From a virus, in IMG/VR virus record IMGVR_UViG_3300022743_000004, positions 3,793 through 67,792 of that record: a stretch of 64,000 bases of DNA; one strand, given 5' to 3'. This document shows, piece after piece, positions 35,369 to 43,581 of the stretch (position 1 is its first letter; each line of letters begins with the position of its first letter). The position numbers and the translations under genes are program-made. The notes under the pieces were generated by a model. The model saw only the letters and a list, made by a program, of their open reading frames with translations. It ran no database searches and was not told the origin of the DNA.

Positions 35369-37746
35369 TTTGTTTTCGTCTTGGACCCTTTGGCTGCGAA
35401 GTGGTCGGCGATGTACTTGTTGAAGTGCATCGTGTCCTTCCACTGCACAGACAGGCCGTTGACGCTCTTGTTGTTCACCCACACGACCTTGGTGTGGATG
35501 CGGTGGTGTTTAAGCATGCTGGTGAACTTGTTGGGGGACACTGGGATGTTCCCCACTACGTACTCCAGCATGGCCCGCAGCTCGTCGCGTGCGATGTTGC
35601 AGTTACCGGCTGGGTTGGTACGACCGAGCAGCGCAGCAAGCACGTCACGGTAGTCCTCTACCTTGCCGCTCAGCAGCGCGTTGCGCTGGTATGAGTTGTC
35701 GGTAGGGAGCTGGTCGATGAAGAAGCCGAAGTTCCCTTCCAACAGCGCGCTAGCTACGGTGTCAATGGATGACTCGCTGATGCTGATCATCGTGTCGCGG
35801 TCTGTGGTGTGGATCACTTCGCCTGCTTTGGTTTCGTCCAGGGGGTAGGAGAGCAGGAAGTCGTGGAACGCTTGCAGCTCGCCTTCAATGGCGCCCAGCT
35901 CCTTGTCGGTGAGTACGAGCTTGTTAGGCTGGTACTTGCCGACATTGAAGCGGCGGTCATTCTTGTCGATCAGGATAGGGTCAGCCATGTTCGACATGAA
36001 TATCCAGTTGGTGTAGTTACGTGCCTCGCTTGCGTTGCTGTACATCGCACGCATAGGCACGTTCTCTTCGGTGATGAAGTTCTTCAGCTTGGCCATGATG
36101 CCGCCTTCGTTCTGAAGTGCCTTGATCTGCACCTCGTCTACGAAGACCAACAAGCTGTTCTCCATGAACTGGTTGTACTTGTCGGCCAGCTCTTCCATAC
36201 GGCGGCTAGCTACATGCGCTGCGCCGAAGATAGGGCGCAGGATGTTGTTGGTCAGGATGCCCTTGCCGGTGCCTTGCGTGCCGTGCATGACCCATGCGGT
36301 CTTGGTGCGGTCACGCTTTTGCAGCACGTACGCTGTCCAGTTCAGAAAGTGCTCGGTTACGTCAACGTCCAGGCCCAAGGCATGGTGCAGGACTTTGAAG
36401 ATAGTGGGCGGGCACTTGGTGACCTTCTTGGCCGTGGCCTTCATGTAATGGCTAGGTACGAACTTGTTGATGGTCTTGTTGGCCACATCAACACGCACGT
36501 TGTCTAGCGGGTCGAAGGTGAGGTCCCATTCTGGGATGTAGTCGGCAAGGGGCACACCGTACTGAATAGCGAAGTGTCGCAACTGGGTTTCGTTTTTGGC
36601 TGCTGCGATGTCCAGGATGTCCGCTGTGTTGTCGTAAGTACCACGGTAATAGACACCAGACTTACGATCACAGAAAGCCAAGTAAGTAATCCCAGTGCTA
36701 CTTGTGCGAAGGTTTCCAGACGACGTGATCTGTAACCAGTATTCAGGGAGGAGTTCTTTGGTGAGGTAGGACGGCTCACCTTTGAAGTTGTGGATGTAGT
36801 CTGGTTTGTCTTCGGCATGGAAATAGGCCCAGGAGTCGCCCCCGTTGAGGTTGAAATAGACGAAGCCGCGTTCAGTCTTCATCTCAGTGATGGTTGCTTC
36901 GTCTGGCTTGAGCATGACCTCAGCACCACCTACGACCTTGTAGGCGAACTTGCGCTTGGGCAAGAAGTTCGCTTCACGCAGCTCCGCGATACGGTCATGG
37001 GTGAGCTTCTTGTTCTTCTCGGTGGTGTTGATAGAGCTAGCTAACGCCAACACGTCGTACTTGCGCTTGACCAGTTCAATGCGGGGCGACTTGCCCATCG
37101 GGTCCTTGATGCCCTTGAGGATGGGAGGCGCGATGTAGATCAGCTTGTCGTTCTGGCATGCGCTCACGTCCAAGGGCCAAGAGATGGAGTTGCCAGTCTT
37201 GGTGAGAGTCATGGACTCACGCAGCATGGGCACTTCATGGTTTTTCTGGATCAGCCACTGCTTGAGCAGAGGTGCCGCATACGCACGGTCCAGCATCATG
37301 AAGATGTGGGCACGAATCTTTTTGTCAGACACACCGTACGAGGCAGACCACTGCACGATGTAGCTGATGTCGGCTAGACCCATCTCACCCAGGAACAGAT
37401 CGATGGTGAGTGGTTGCGAGATGGACTGGCCACCAGGTGTTTGGATGGTGATGTGTTCTGGTAGGCCATCAAGGTCAAGGACTAGCCACTCAGACGAGTC
37501 GTTGGTAGATGTGCTGCCTGCACGCGACTCTTTCACGAGGTCACGAGCAATCGTGCCCTTGAGCACACAGTTACCGCGTGCTGCGTGCTTGTTCAACAGG
37601 GACTCGAACTGAGTCAGGTTGTTGACTGATTCTTGGTGGGATGTGAACTCCCAAACAAAGGGATAAGGGGTCTTTGTGATCTCGCCACTGACTTTTGAAT
37701 ATTGCTTGGTCAGAGGCTCACTTGCTTGCAAAAAGAAGACGTTCAT
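35365..37746 (-). CDS. Primase-helicase (AEP-like N-terminus plus SF3/D5-like NTPase)
   Basis: LDLDG and RAHIF; GTQGTGKG, VFVDE, FMSN, DRRF. Confidence 0.85.
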   Translation of the reverse strand: MNVFFLQASEPLTKQYSKVSGEITKTPYPFVWEFTSHQESVNNLTQFESLLNKHAARGNCVLKGTIARDLVKESRAGSTSTNDSSEWLVLDLDGLPEHITIQTPGGQSISQPLTIDLFLGEMGLADISYIVQWSASYGVSDKKIRAHIFMMLDRAYAAPLLKQWLIQKNHEVPMLRESMTLTKTGNSISWPLDVSACQNDKLIYIAPPILKGIKDPMGKSPRIELVKRKYDVLALASSINTTEKNKKLTHDRIAELREANFLPKRKFAYKVVGGAEVMLKPDEATITEMKTERGFVYFNLNGGDSWAYFHAEDKPDYIHNFKGEPSYLTKELLPEYWLQITSSGNLRTSSTGITYLAFCDRKSGVYYRGTYDNTADILDIAAAKNETQLRHFAIQYGVPLADYIPEWDLTFDPLDNVRVDVANKTINKFVPSHYMKATAKKVTKCPPTIFKVLHHALGLDVDVTEHFLNWTAYVLQKRDRTKTAWVMHGTQGTGKGILTNNILRPIFGAAHVASRRMEELADKYNQFMENSLLVFVDEVQIKALQNEGGIMAKLKNFITEENVPMRAMYSNASEARNYTNWIFMSNMADPILIDKNDRRFNVGKYQPNKLVLTDKELGAIEGELQAFHDFLLSYPLDETKAGEVIHTTDRDTMISISESSIDTVASALLEGNFGFFIDQLPTDNSYQRNALLSGKVEDYRDVLAALLGRTNPAGNCNIARDELRAMLEYVVGNIPVSPNKFTSMLKHHRIHTKVVWVNNKSVNGLSVQWKDTMHFNKYIADHFAAKGSKTKTK

Positions 37747-37835
37747 ATTTTTCCTTCAGAGGGTGTGAGTGTATGCGATCTAAATCAGAGCTGCGATCAA
37801 AAGACGTAAGACCTGTTCATAAGCACTGTTTCCCT

Positions 37836-37960
37836 CTATATATCTATATACCTTATACTCTTATAATTATAATCTTATCTTATCAATTAGAGATTATAAA
37901 TATTAGATAAATAGTAAATAGAAATACCTATATAGAGATGGGGCGGCAAAAAGCCCAAGA
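37836..37960. repeat. AT-rich origin-like element, copy 2
   Basis: A/T tract upstream of the primase-helicase; shares blocks with 4855-4980. Confidence 0.7.
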
Positions 37961-37981
37961 TCGTAGTTTCCCATCGTCCTC

Positions 37982-38020
37982 GAAAAAGAAGGAAGGGCTA
38001 GGAGCCGTAGCTCCTAACCC
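37982..38020 (-). terminator. Intrinsic terminator
   Basis: Minus strand GGGTTAGGAGC-TACG-GCTCCTAGCCC followed by TTCCTTCTTTTT, just after the 38028 stop. Confidence 0.7.
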
Positions 38021-38027
38021 AACCAAC

Positions 38028-38909
38028 TTAGCCGACGTTTGCTTCGGTAGATTCAACGACACGCTGAGCCGTTACAAACTTAGGTGATGCGAACACACGC
38101 TTGATGTCACGCTCGACGTTGAAACAACCGTCGTCGATATTGTCGAACTCACGATCGGACAACGAGCGATCATCTTCAGCCCACGACGCCACGTTGCCAG
38201 CAGCCTTCTGTGCGTTGTCCAGCAGCACACGTTGCAGTTCGATGGGCAACGCAGAGAACTCTTTGCTACGTTCAGCAGCAGACGAGTCGTCAGAGCGTAG
38301 GGCTAGATGCAGCATGAGTTGTGCTGCGCCAGTCATTGCATCGACGTTGGCTTTGACGTCCACCAACTTGTCGGTCTTGCGTTCGAGTTGACGCTCGAAA
38401 CGTTGTGTCTGTGTTTCCACATCCCAGTCGTAGACCTTGGCACGACGCTGGATAGACATCTTCATGCGACGCTGTGTGTCTTGACCAACCTTGTAAGGAC
38501 GGTCATTGATGAAGATGTCGTCCAATGCAGGGATGTCATATGAACGAGCATTGCCTTGCCAGTCCCAAGTCATGGGCACCAGTTCAGCGGCTAGATCATG
38601 CCACTGGTCACGGTGAGCGTTGAGCCAGCGGATGTTCTCGGTAACACCTTCGTTGGACGAGCCTTGCTCTTTGAAGGATTGCTCGGCGAACTCGGCTTCA
38701 TGCAGAGCAGTAGTGAGTTCAGCCATGGATTCAACGCCACCTGCATTGAACAGTTCCTGACGGATGTTCTTGAGCAGTTGCCGAGCGTTGGATGCCAAGA
38801 GCTGGTCGATCTTCCAAGCAGTGCTGCCAGCCAAGTGCGCAGCAATGCGAGCTTCGCTGATTTTGGAGATGTAGTCGTGGAGGTCGAAGAAAGTGTGAAC
38901 GCGTGACAT
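38028..38909 (-). CDS. Hypothetical early protein
   Basis: AAGGA Shine-Dalgarno before MSRVHTFF; 293 aa. Confidence 0.7.
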   Translation of the reverse strand: MSRVHTFFDLHDYISKISEARIAAHLAGSTAWKIDQLLASNARQLLKNIRQELFNAGGVESMAELTTALHEAEFAEQSFKEQGSSNEGVTENIRWLNAHRDQWHDLAAELVPMTWDWQGNARSYDIPALDDIFINDRPYKVGQDTQRRMKMSIQRRAKVYDWDVETQTQRFERQLERKTDKLVDVKANVDAMTGAAQLMLHLALRSDDSSAAERSKEFSALPIELQRVLLDNAQKAAGNVASWAEDDRSLSDREFDNIDDGCFNVERDIKRVFASPKFVTAQRVVESTEANVG

Positions 38910-38976
38910 AGTGATTTCCTTAAAGTTAAAAAGTTGATTGAGTGGGATGCAGTCACTCACTGCCTGGAGAACAGGG

Positions 38977-39174
38977 TTAGCGATGTGGTGTGGCGCAGAT
39001 ACGGCCAAGTACCACTTGCTGAGCTTCACGCTCTGTGATGTTGAGCACTTCAGCAACTTGCTGAATCTTTGCCCACATCACTGCATAGGGGTCAGATTCC
39101 TCGACAGCGCTGTCTTCGAGCATGTCGATGGAGATGAAGGTGATGGGTTGAGGTTTGAGTTTGAGAGTGGCCAT
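38977..39174 (-). CDS. Hypothetical early protein
   Basis: AAGGAG Shine-Dalgarno. Confidence 0.6.
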   Translation of the reverse strand: MATLKLKPQPITFISIDMLEDSAVEESDPYAVMWAKIQQVAEVLNITEREAQQVVLGRICATPHR

Positions 39175-39215
39175 GTGCTAGCTCCTTGGTTGGTTGATAC
39201 ACATGCCAAAAAGAC

Positions 39216-39235
39216 CCGATGGCTTCAGCCATCGG
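39216..39235 (-). promoter_or_regulatory. Conserved leader hairpin 1
   Basis: CCGATGGC-TGAA-GCCATCGG (minus strand). Confidence 0.65.
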
Positions 39236-39421
39236 AATGTTGGTTACGTTTCCAACGAGTCAGCGACAGACCCCGCGAGAGCACCCCTATGGTGATAACA
39301 CCCCAGTGCCTAGCTGGTAGCGATTTCAGCTTCGTCTGAAATTACGGATGCGTTGAACGCAGCATCGTCACGCCCCTGGCGAAGGGATAGAACACGGAGT
39401 TTGTTGTCCGTGCTCGCCATC

Positions 39422-39661
39422 TCAAGTTAGCCCGTACTTGAACAACAGTTCTTCGTACTTGGCTTCAAGCACTGCGTCGTCGCCCTTAGCAAAAGCTGTT
39501 GCTTCTGCATAGAGCCGAGCACGCAGTGGTGGACGCGGTGGTGTGATCACAACGTGGCTTTTCAGCGGTGTTTTGACGTAACCGTTGAGTGGGTCGGTCA
39601 GCACTGGTTGCGACATACAGAGCGCAACGTACTTCGCTTCCTCTTCGCGTGTACGGATCAT
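39422..39661 (-). CDS. Hypothetical early protein
   Basis: Coupled ORF. Confidence 0.55.
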   Translation of the reverse strand: MIRTREEEAKYVALCMSQPVLTDPLNGYVKTPLKSHVVITPPRPPLRARLYAEATAFAKGDDAVLEAKYEELLFKYGLT

Positions 39662-39746
39662 GGCAGCACCATCAGCAGTAGTGAGAGCAACACGGCTGCG
39701 ACGATGCAGCCATTGACCACGATGCGGTCATGTGGGTGAAGAGATT

Positions 39747-40055
39747 TCATTTGAGTTCTCCAATCGAATACTTGATAAGACCAACGTGGTAGTGGCGGTC
39801 TTGTTCGATGTACCCATACAAAGTACGAGCCATCGAGACCGTGACCATTGAGCAAATGAACGACGCAATACCAGACATCGTTCCAATCAAAGTCCCCCAA
39901 TGAATCAATAGGTTTAAACTAAGGACAAACACATGTAATAGGTTTCTCCTATCGCTGCCCAACACCCTGAGTCGAGTACGTGGACTCAACATGCTGAGCA
40001 GCACGAACTCAAACAAAACATTGAGTGCGCCGAACACGAAGACAGCTTCAATCAT
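39747..40055 (-). CDS. Membrane protein
   Basis: AGGAG Shine-Dalgarno; 2-3 hydrophobic segments. Confidence 0.6.
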   Translation of the reverse strand: MIEAVFVFGALNVLFEFVLLSMLSPRTRLRVLGSDRRNLLHVFVLSLNLLIHWGTLIGTMSGIASFICSMVTVSMARTLYGYIEQDRHYHVGLIKYSIGELK

Positions 40056-40354
40056 GCTGTTTGCTCCTGATTTGATAGCACCTTGGTGCGAGCGGTGTTG
40101 CCCACGCGCGTGGTCTCGCAGAGCTGACCAAAGCGGTTGGTCCACAACGTGACCTTGGGCTCGTTGGACTTGATGCGCAGTGGCTTGTCGCCAGCCCCCA
40201 GCCCCACGCCCGTGTTGGCGATGTGACCGCGCGTTGCGAGCTTGGCTTCCAGCCCCGCGATGGTGTTCTTCTGGTTGAGGTAAACAGTAGCTGCGATTTC
40301 GAGGCGAGCCTTGAGTGCAGCGACTTCAGCAATGAGTTCAGATTTGGTGGCCAT
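40052..40354 (-). CDS. Hypothetical early protein
   Basis: AAAGGA Shine-Dalgarno; coiled-coil N-half. Confidence 0.65.
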   Translation of the reverse strand: MATKSELIAEVAALKARLEIAATVYLNQKNTIAGLEAKLATRGHIANTGVGLGAGDKPLRIKSNEPKVTLWTNRFGQLCETTRVGNTARTKVLSNQEQTA

Positions 40355-40401
40355 GGTGATATTCCTTTAAGTTGAGTGGTTGATACACACGACGAAAAGG
40401 C

Positions 40402-40421
40402 CCAAGGGCTTCAGCCCTTGG
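40402..40421 (-). promoter_or_regulatory. Conserved leader hairpin 2
   Basis: CCAAGGGC-TGAA-GCCCTTGG (minus strand). Confidence 0.65.
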
Positions 40422-40474
40422 TCTTCCCATACCCATTTGTTTCAGGATGAAGACAAGGCCCGAAGGCCTTGTGC

Positions 40475-40699
40475 TTACACCGTTGCTGCTTTGAGCTTGC
40501 GCTGCACAACAGGTGCGCCAGCGATAGCAGCGGTGCGCTTAGCAGCCAACTCCGAGGACTTGGCGGTGTACTGAGCACCTGTGGATGCAACAACCTCTGC
40601 GCCGAAGCGGCCAGTAGCGTTGACGGAGACAGCAACACCATGCACTGCGTACGCAGCGGTGTTACCAATGAACTTACCTACGGTGGAACCAGCGGACAT
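40475..40699 (-). CDS. Hypothetical early protein (first leftward gene)
   Basis: AGGAG Shine-Dalgarno. Confidence 0.6.
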   Translation of the reverse strand: MSAGSTVGKFIGNTAAYAVHGVAVSVNATGRFGAEVVASTGAQYTAKSSELAAKRTAAIAGAPVVQRKLKAATV

Positions 40700-40754
40700 A
40701 ACGAACTCCTAAAAAGATTGATGAAGAGCGAACTGCTCACACAACCAACAAGAC

Positions 40755-40774
40755 CCGAATGCTTCAGCATTCGG
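40755..40774 (-). promoter_or_regulatory. Conserved leader hairpin 3
   Basis: CCGAATGC-TGAA-GCATTCGG (minus strand). Confidence 0.65.
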
Positions 40775-40936
40775 AAGACCGAGACCATGCGGCCCGGTGC
40801 GAAGAGACTCCTTTCCTCGCAATGCGAAAGCGAATCCGAAGTGGGGTAGTCTTTCGCGCGAGGGGGAGGAGAGACTCACGCGACCCTGAGTTCCTAATTT
40901 TTTATATAAAATTTTTTCTCCAGCAATCCTCTAACC

Positions 40937-40947
40937 TCTAAGTTAGA
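40937..40947. promoter_or_regulatory. TCTAAnTTAGA palindrome (also 23520, 47793, 54075, 61476)
   Basis: Perfect inverted repeat seen only in intergenic gaps. Confidence 0.65.
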
Positions 40948-40956
40948 ATCCGACTC

Positions 40957-41553
40957 ATGCCTAAAGCCATGTCCCCCGGTGAAGCCAAAGCAAAAGCGCG
41001 GAATAAAGACGCCAACATCGCAAAACTGCGCGGCAAAGAGACCAACACCATGGCTGCAGCCGAAGCCGTGGACCCGAACAAGCCCCTGACCGAGCAGCAG
41101 CGGCTGTTCGTGCAGTTCTGGGCGGAGGGCGACACCGTGCCCAACGCCTACGCCAAGGCTGGCTACTCCATGAGCGACATCTCCTATGCGTTCCGTATGA
41201 AGCGGATGCCGAACATCCTCAAGCAGTACAAGTTGGTCAAGGCAGAGTTCATCAAAGCTGCGCAGGTGTCCCGTGAAGACGTGATGAACGGCCTGAAGGA
41301 CGCTATCGACATGGCCAAGCTCATGTCGGAGCCCGCCACCATGATCGCTGGCTGGCGTGAGATTGGCCGTCTGTGCGGCTATTACGAGGCTAAGAAGATC
41401 GACATCAACGTGAACGTGAATGGCAGCGTCGCCATGGAGCGGATGAACAAGATGACGGACGCCGAGCTGCTGAAGATCATCGAAGAGGCGTCTGCCACCG
41501 GCATAGACCAGGCTCTGATCGGTGAGGGTCTCGATGGCGACCAAAGCTCCTAA
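40957..41553 (+). CDS. terS: Terminase small subunit
   Basis: LTEQQRLFV...AY.KAGYS HTH; upstream of terL. Confidence 0.85.
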   Translation: MPKAMSPGEAKAKARNKDANIAKLRGKETNTMAAAEAVDPNKPLTEQQRLFVQFWAEGDTVPNAYAKAGYSMSDISYAFRMKRMPNILKQYKLVKAEFIKAAQVSREDVMNGLKDAIDMAKLMSEPATMIAGWREIGRLCGYYEAKKIDINVNVNGSVAMERMNKMTDAELLKIIEEASATGIDQALIGEGLDGDQSS

Positions 41554-43132
41554 GCCTGCGGCCTCCACCCCCAGCCCCGTGCTGCTGAAGGCCCAGGCCG
41601 AGATGGCCCAGCGGGTGCTCTCCAAGCGCCTCCTGATGCCCTTCGTGCAGCGTTTTAACCCGAAGTACAAGGACGGCTGGGTCCACAAGGACATCTGCCG
41701 CCGTCTGGAGCGCTTCTCCAGGGATGTGGCTGATGGCAAAAGCCCTCGCCTCATGCTGCTTATGCCGCCCCGGCACGGTAAGTCCGAGCTGGTCTCCCGT
41801 AACTTCCCCGCCTGGCACTTGGGCCAGTACCCAGATCATGAATTTATTGCGTGCTCTTACAACTTGTCTCTGGCTATGGATTTCTCCCGCAAGGTCAAGC
41901 AAATCATCGCCGACCCGCTATATGAGAACATTTTCCCGACCCGGCTAGACCCGAACAACCAGTCCACGGAGTCGTGGGGCGTGCAGGGCCAGCGCGGCGG
42001 CTACGTCGCGGCAGGTATCGGCGGACCTATCACGGGTAAGGGTGCCCACTGCCTCGTGATTGACGACCCAATCAAGAACGCGGAGGAGGCCGACAGTGCT
42101 GACACCCGCGAGAAAATCTGGGAGTGGTATCTGTCCACCGCCTACTCGCGCCTTGCCCCCGGTGGCGGTGTGCTGATCATCCAGACATGGTGGCATGACG
42201 ACGACCTCGCAGGCCGTCTGCAGACCATGATGAAGGAGGGCAGTGACGACGAGTTCGTGGACCAGTACGAAGTGATCAAGTACCCGGCTATCGCCGAGGC
42301 CGACGAGTACCTGAACCACACCACGGACCTGATTGAGTACGACGCGCCGCCGTCTGCCCCTCACACGCTGCTGCGCAACAAGGGTGAGGCGCTGCACCCT
42401 GACCGCTACGACCTGGACAAGCTGAACCGCATCCGCGCCCAGAACAAGGGCGGGCGGTGGTGGTCGGCCCTGTACCAGCAGAACCCGGTCCCAGCCGACG
42501 GTGCGTACTTCATGAAGGACCAGTTCAGGCGCTCCCAGCCCCCGCACCTGCACAAGTCGTACGTGTACATGGCCTGGGACTTCGCCATCAGCGAGAAAAA
42601 GCAGAGCGACTACACCGTGGGCACCGTGGGCCTGCAGGACGACGACGACGTGCTGCACGTCGTGGACCAGGTGCGGTTTAAGAGCGGCAACGCGTTCTTC
42701 ATCGTAGAGTCCATCCTGAATTTGGCGACGAAGTGGTATAGTCCCACCCTAATATTGGGCTTCGAGGACGGTCAGATTTGGCGGGCAATCGAAGCTCTAC
42801 TTAAGAAACGCATGAGAGAGCGGAAGTTCTACCCCTCCATCGTGGTTCTGAAGCCCATCACCGATAAGATGGCCCGCGCAAGACCGCTGCAGGGCCGTAT
42901 GCAGCAGGGGATGGTCAGCTTCAACACCTCGGGTGAGTGGTTTGAGCCACTTCGCGCTGAGATGCTGCGTTTTCCGGCTGGAGCACACGACGACCAAGTG
43001 GACTCGCTGGCTTGGATGGCGCAGATGGTGATCGGGCGCGAAGCCCCGCATAAAACAGAGGTGAAACCCATGAAGTCCTGGCGCGATAAGCTGAAAGTCT
43101 CCAACTCCACCGGCTCTTACATGGCCGCTTAA
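41534..43132 (+). CDS. terL: Terminase large subunit
   Basis: MPPRHGKS, IDDPIK, LYQQNP, WDFA, HDDQVD. Confidence 0.95.
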   Translation: MATKAPKPAASTPSPVLLKAQAEMAQRVLSKRLLMPFVQRFNPKYKDGWVHKDICRRLERFSRDVADGKSPRLMLLMPPRHGKSELVSRNFPAWHLGQYPDHEFIACSYNLSLAMDFSRKVKQIIADPLYENIFPTRLDPNNQSTESWGVQGQRGGYVAAGIGGPITGKGAHCLVIDDPIKNAEEADSADTREKIWEWYLSTAYSRLAPGGGVLIIQTWWHDDDLAGRLQTMMKEGSDDEFVDQYEVIKYPAIAEADEYLNHTTDLIEYDAPPSAPHTLLRNKGEALHPDRYDLDKLNRIRAQNKGGRWWSALYQQNPVPADGAYFMKDQFRRSQPPHLHKSYVYMAWDFAISEKKQSDYTVGTVGLQDDDDVLHVVDQVRFKSGNAFFIVESILNLATKWYSPTLILGFEDGQIWRAIEALLKKRMRERKFYPSIVVLKPITDKMARARPLQGRMQQGMVSFNTSGEWFEPLRAEMLRFPAGAHDDQVDSLAWMAQMVIGREAPHKTEVKPMKSWRDKLKVSNSTGSYMAA

Positions 43133-43136
43133 CGCC

Positions 43137-43505
43137 ATGGCCCAAGACTCCTGCCCCACATTCGTCGCCGAGTGCTTCGCACTGCGCACCGCAGTCCACT
43201 TCGCCCACCTTTCCTCCAAGTCCTACGCTGAACACGTCGCCCTCGGCGACTTCTACGACGGCCTGCTGACCCTTACCGACAAGTACGCCGAGGTGTTCAT
43301 GGGTCTGGAGGGCCAGGTGCCCGTCAGCAAGTGGCCCGCCGTCGCGCTCCCTGCCGGTACACCTGTGCAGATGCTCGAAGAGTTCCTTGAAGACATCGCC
43401 GAAGAAGAGGACGAGGACAGTGACCGCCAGTCGCTGTTGAACATCCTGGCCGAGATGGAGGAGCTGACCGCTCAGACCCTCTACAAGCTGCGTAACCTGA
43501 AGTGA
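43137..43505 (+). CDS. Ferritin/Dps-like four-helix protein (DUF5856-like)
   Basis: H..H....SYAEH.AL..FYD.L....D..AE and LY.L ending. Confidence 0.65.
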   Translation: MAQDSCPTFVAECFALRTAVHFAHLSSKSYAEHVALGDFYDGLLTLTDKYAEVFMGLEGQVPVSKWPAVALPAGTPVQMLEEFLEDIAEEEDEDSDRQSLLNILAEMEELTAQTLYKLRNLK

Positions 43506-43581
43506 CCTCACACCCCACCCCACACCCAAAGGATGAAGAGCATGTTGCTCGGACTTTGTACACACAAAGCCCGAGTACATC

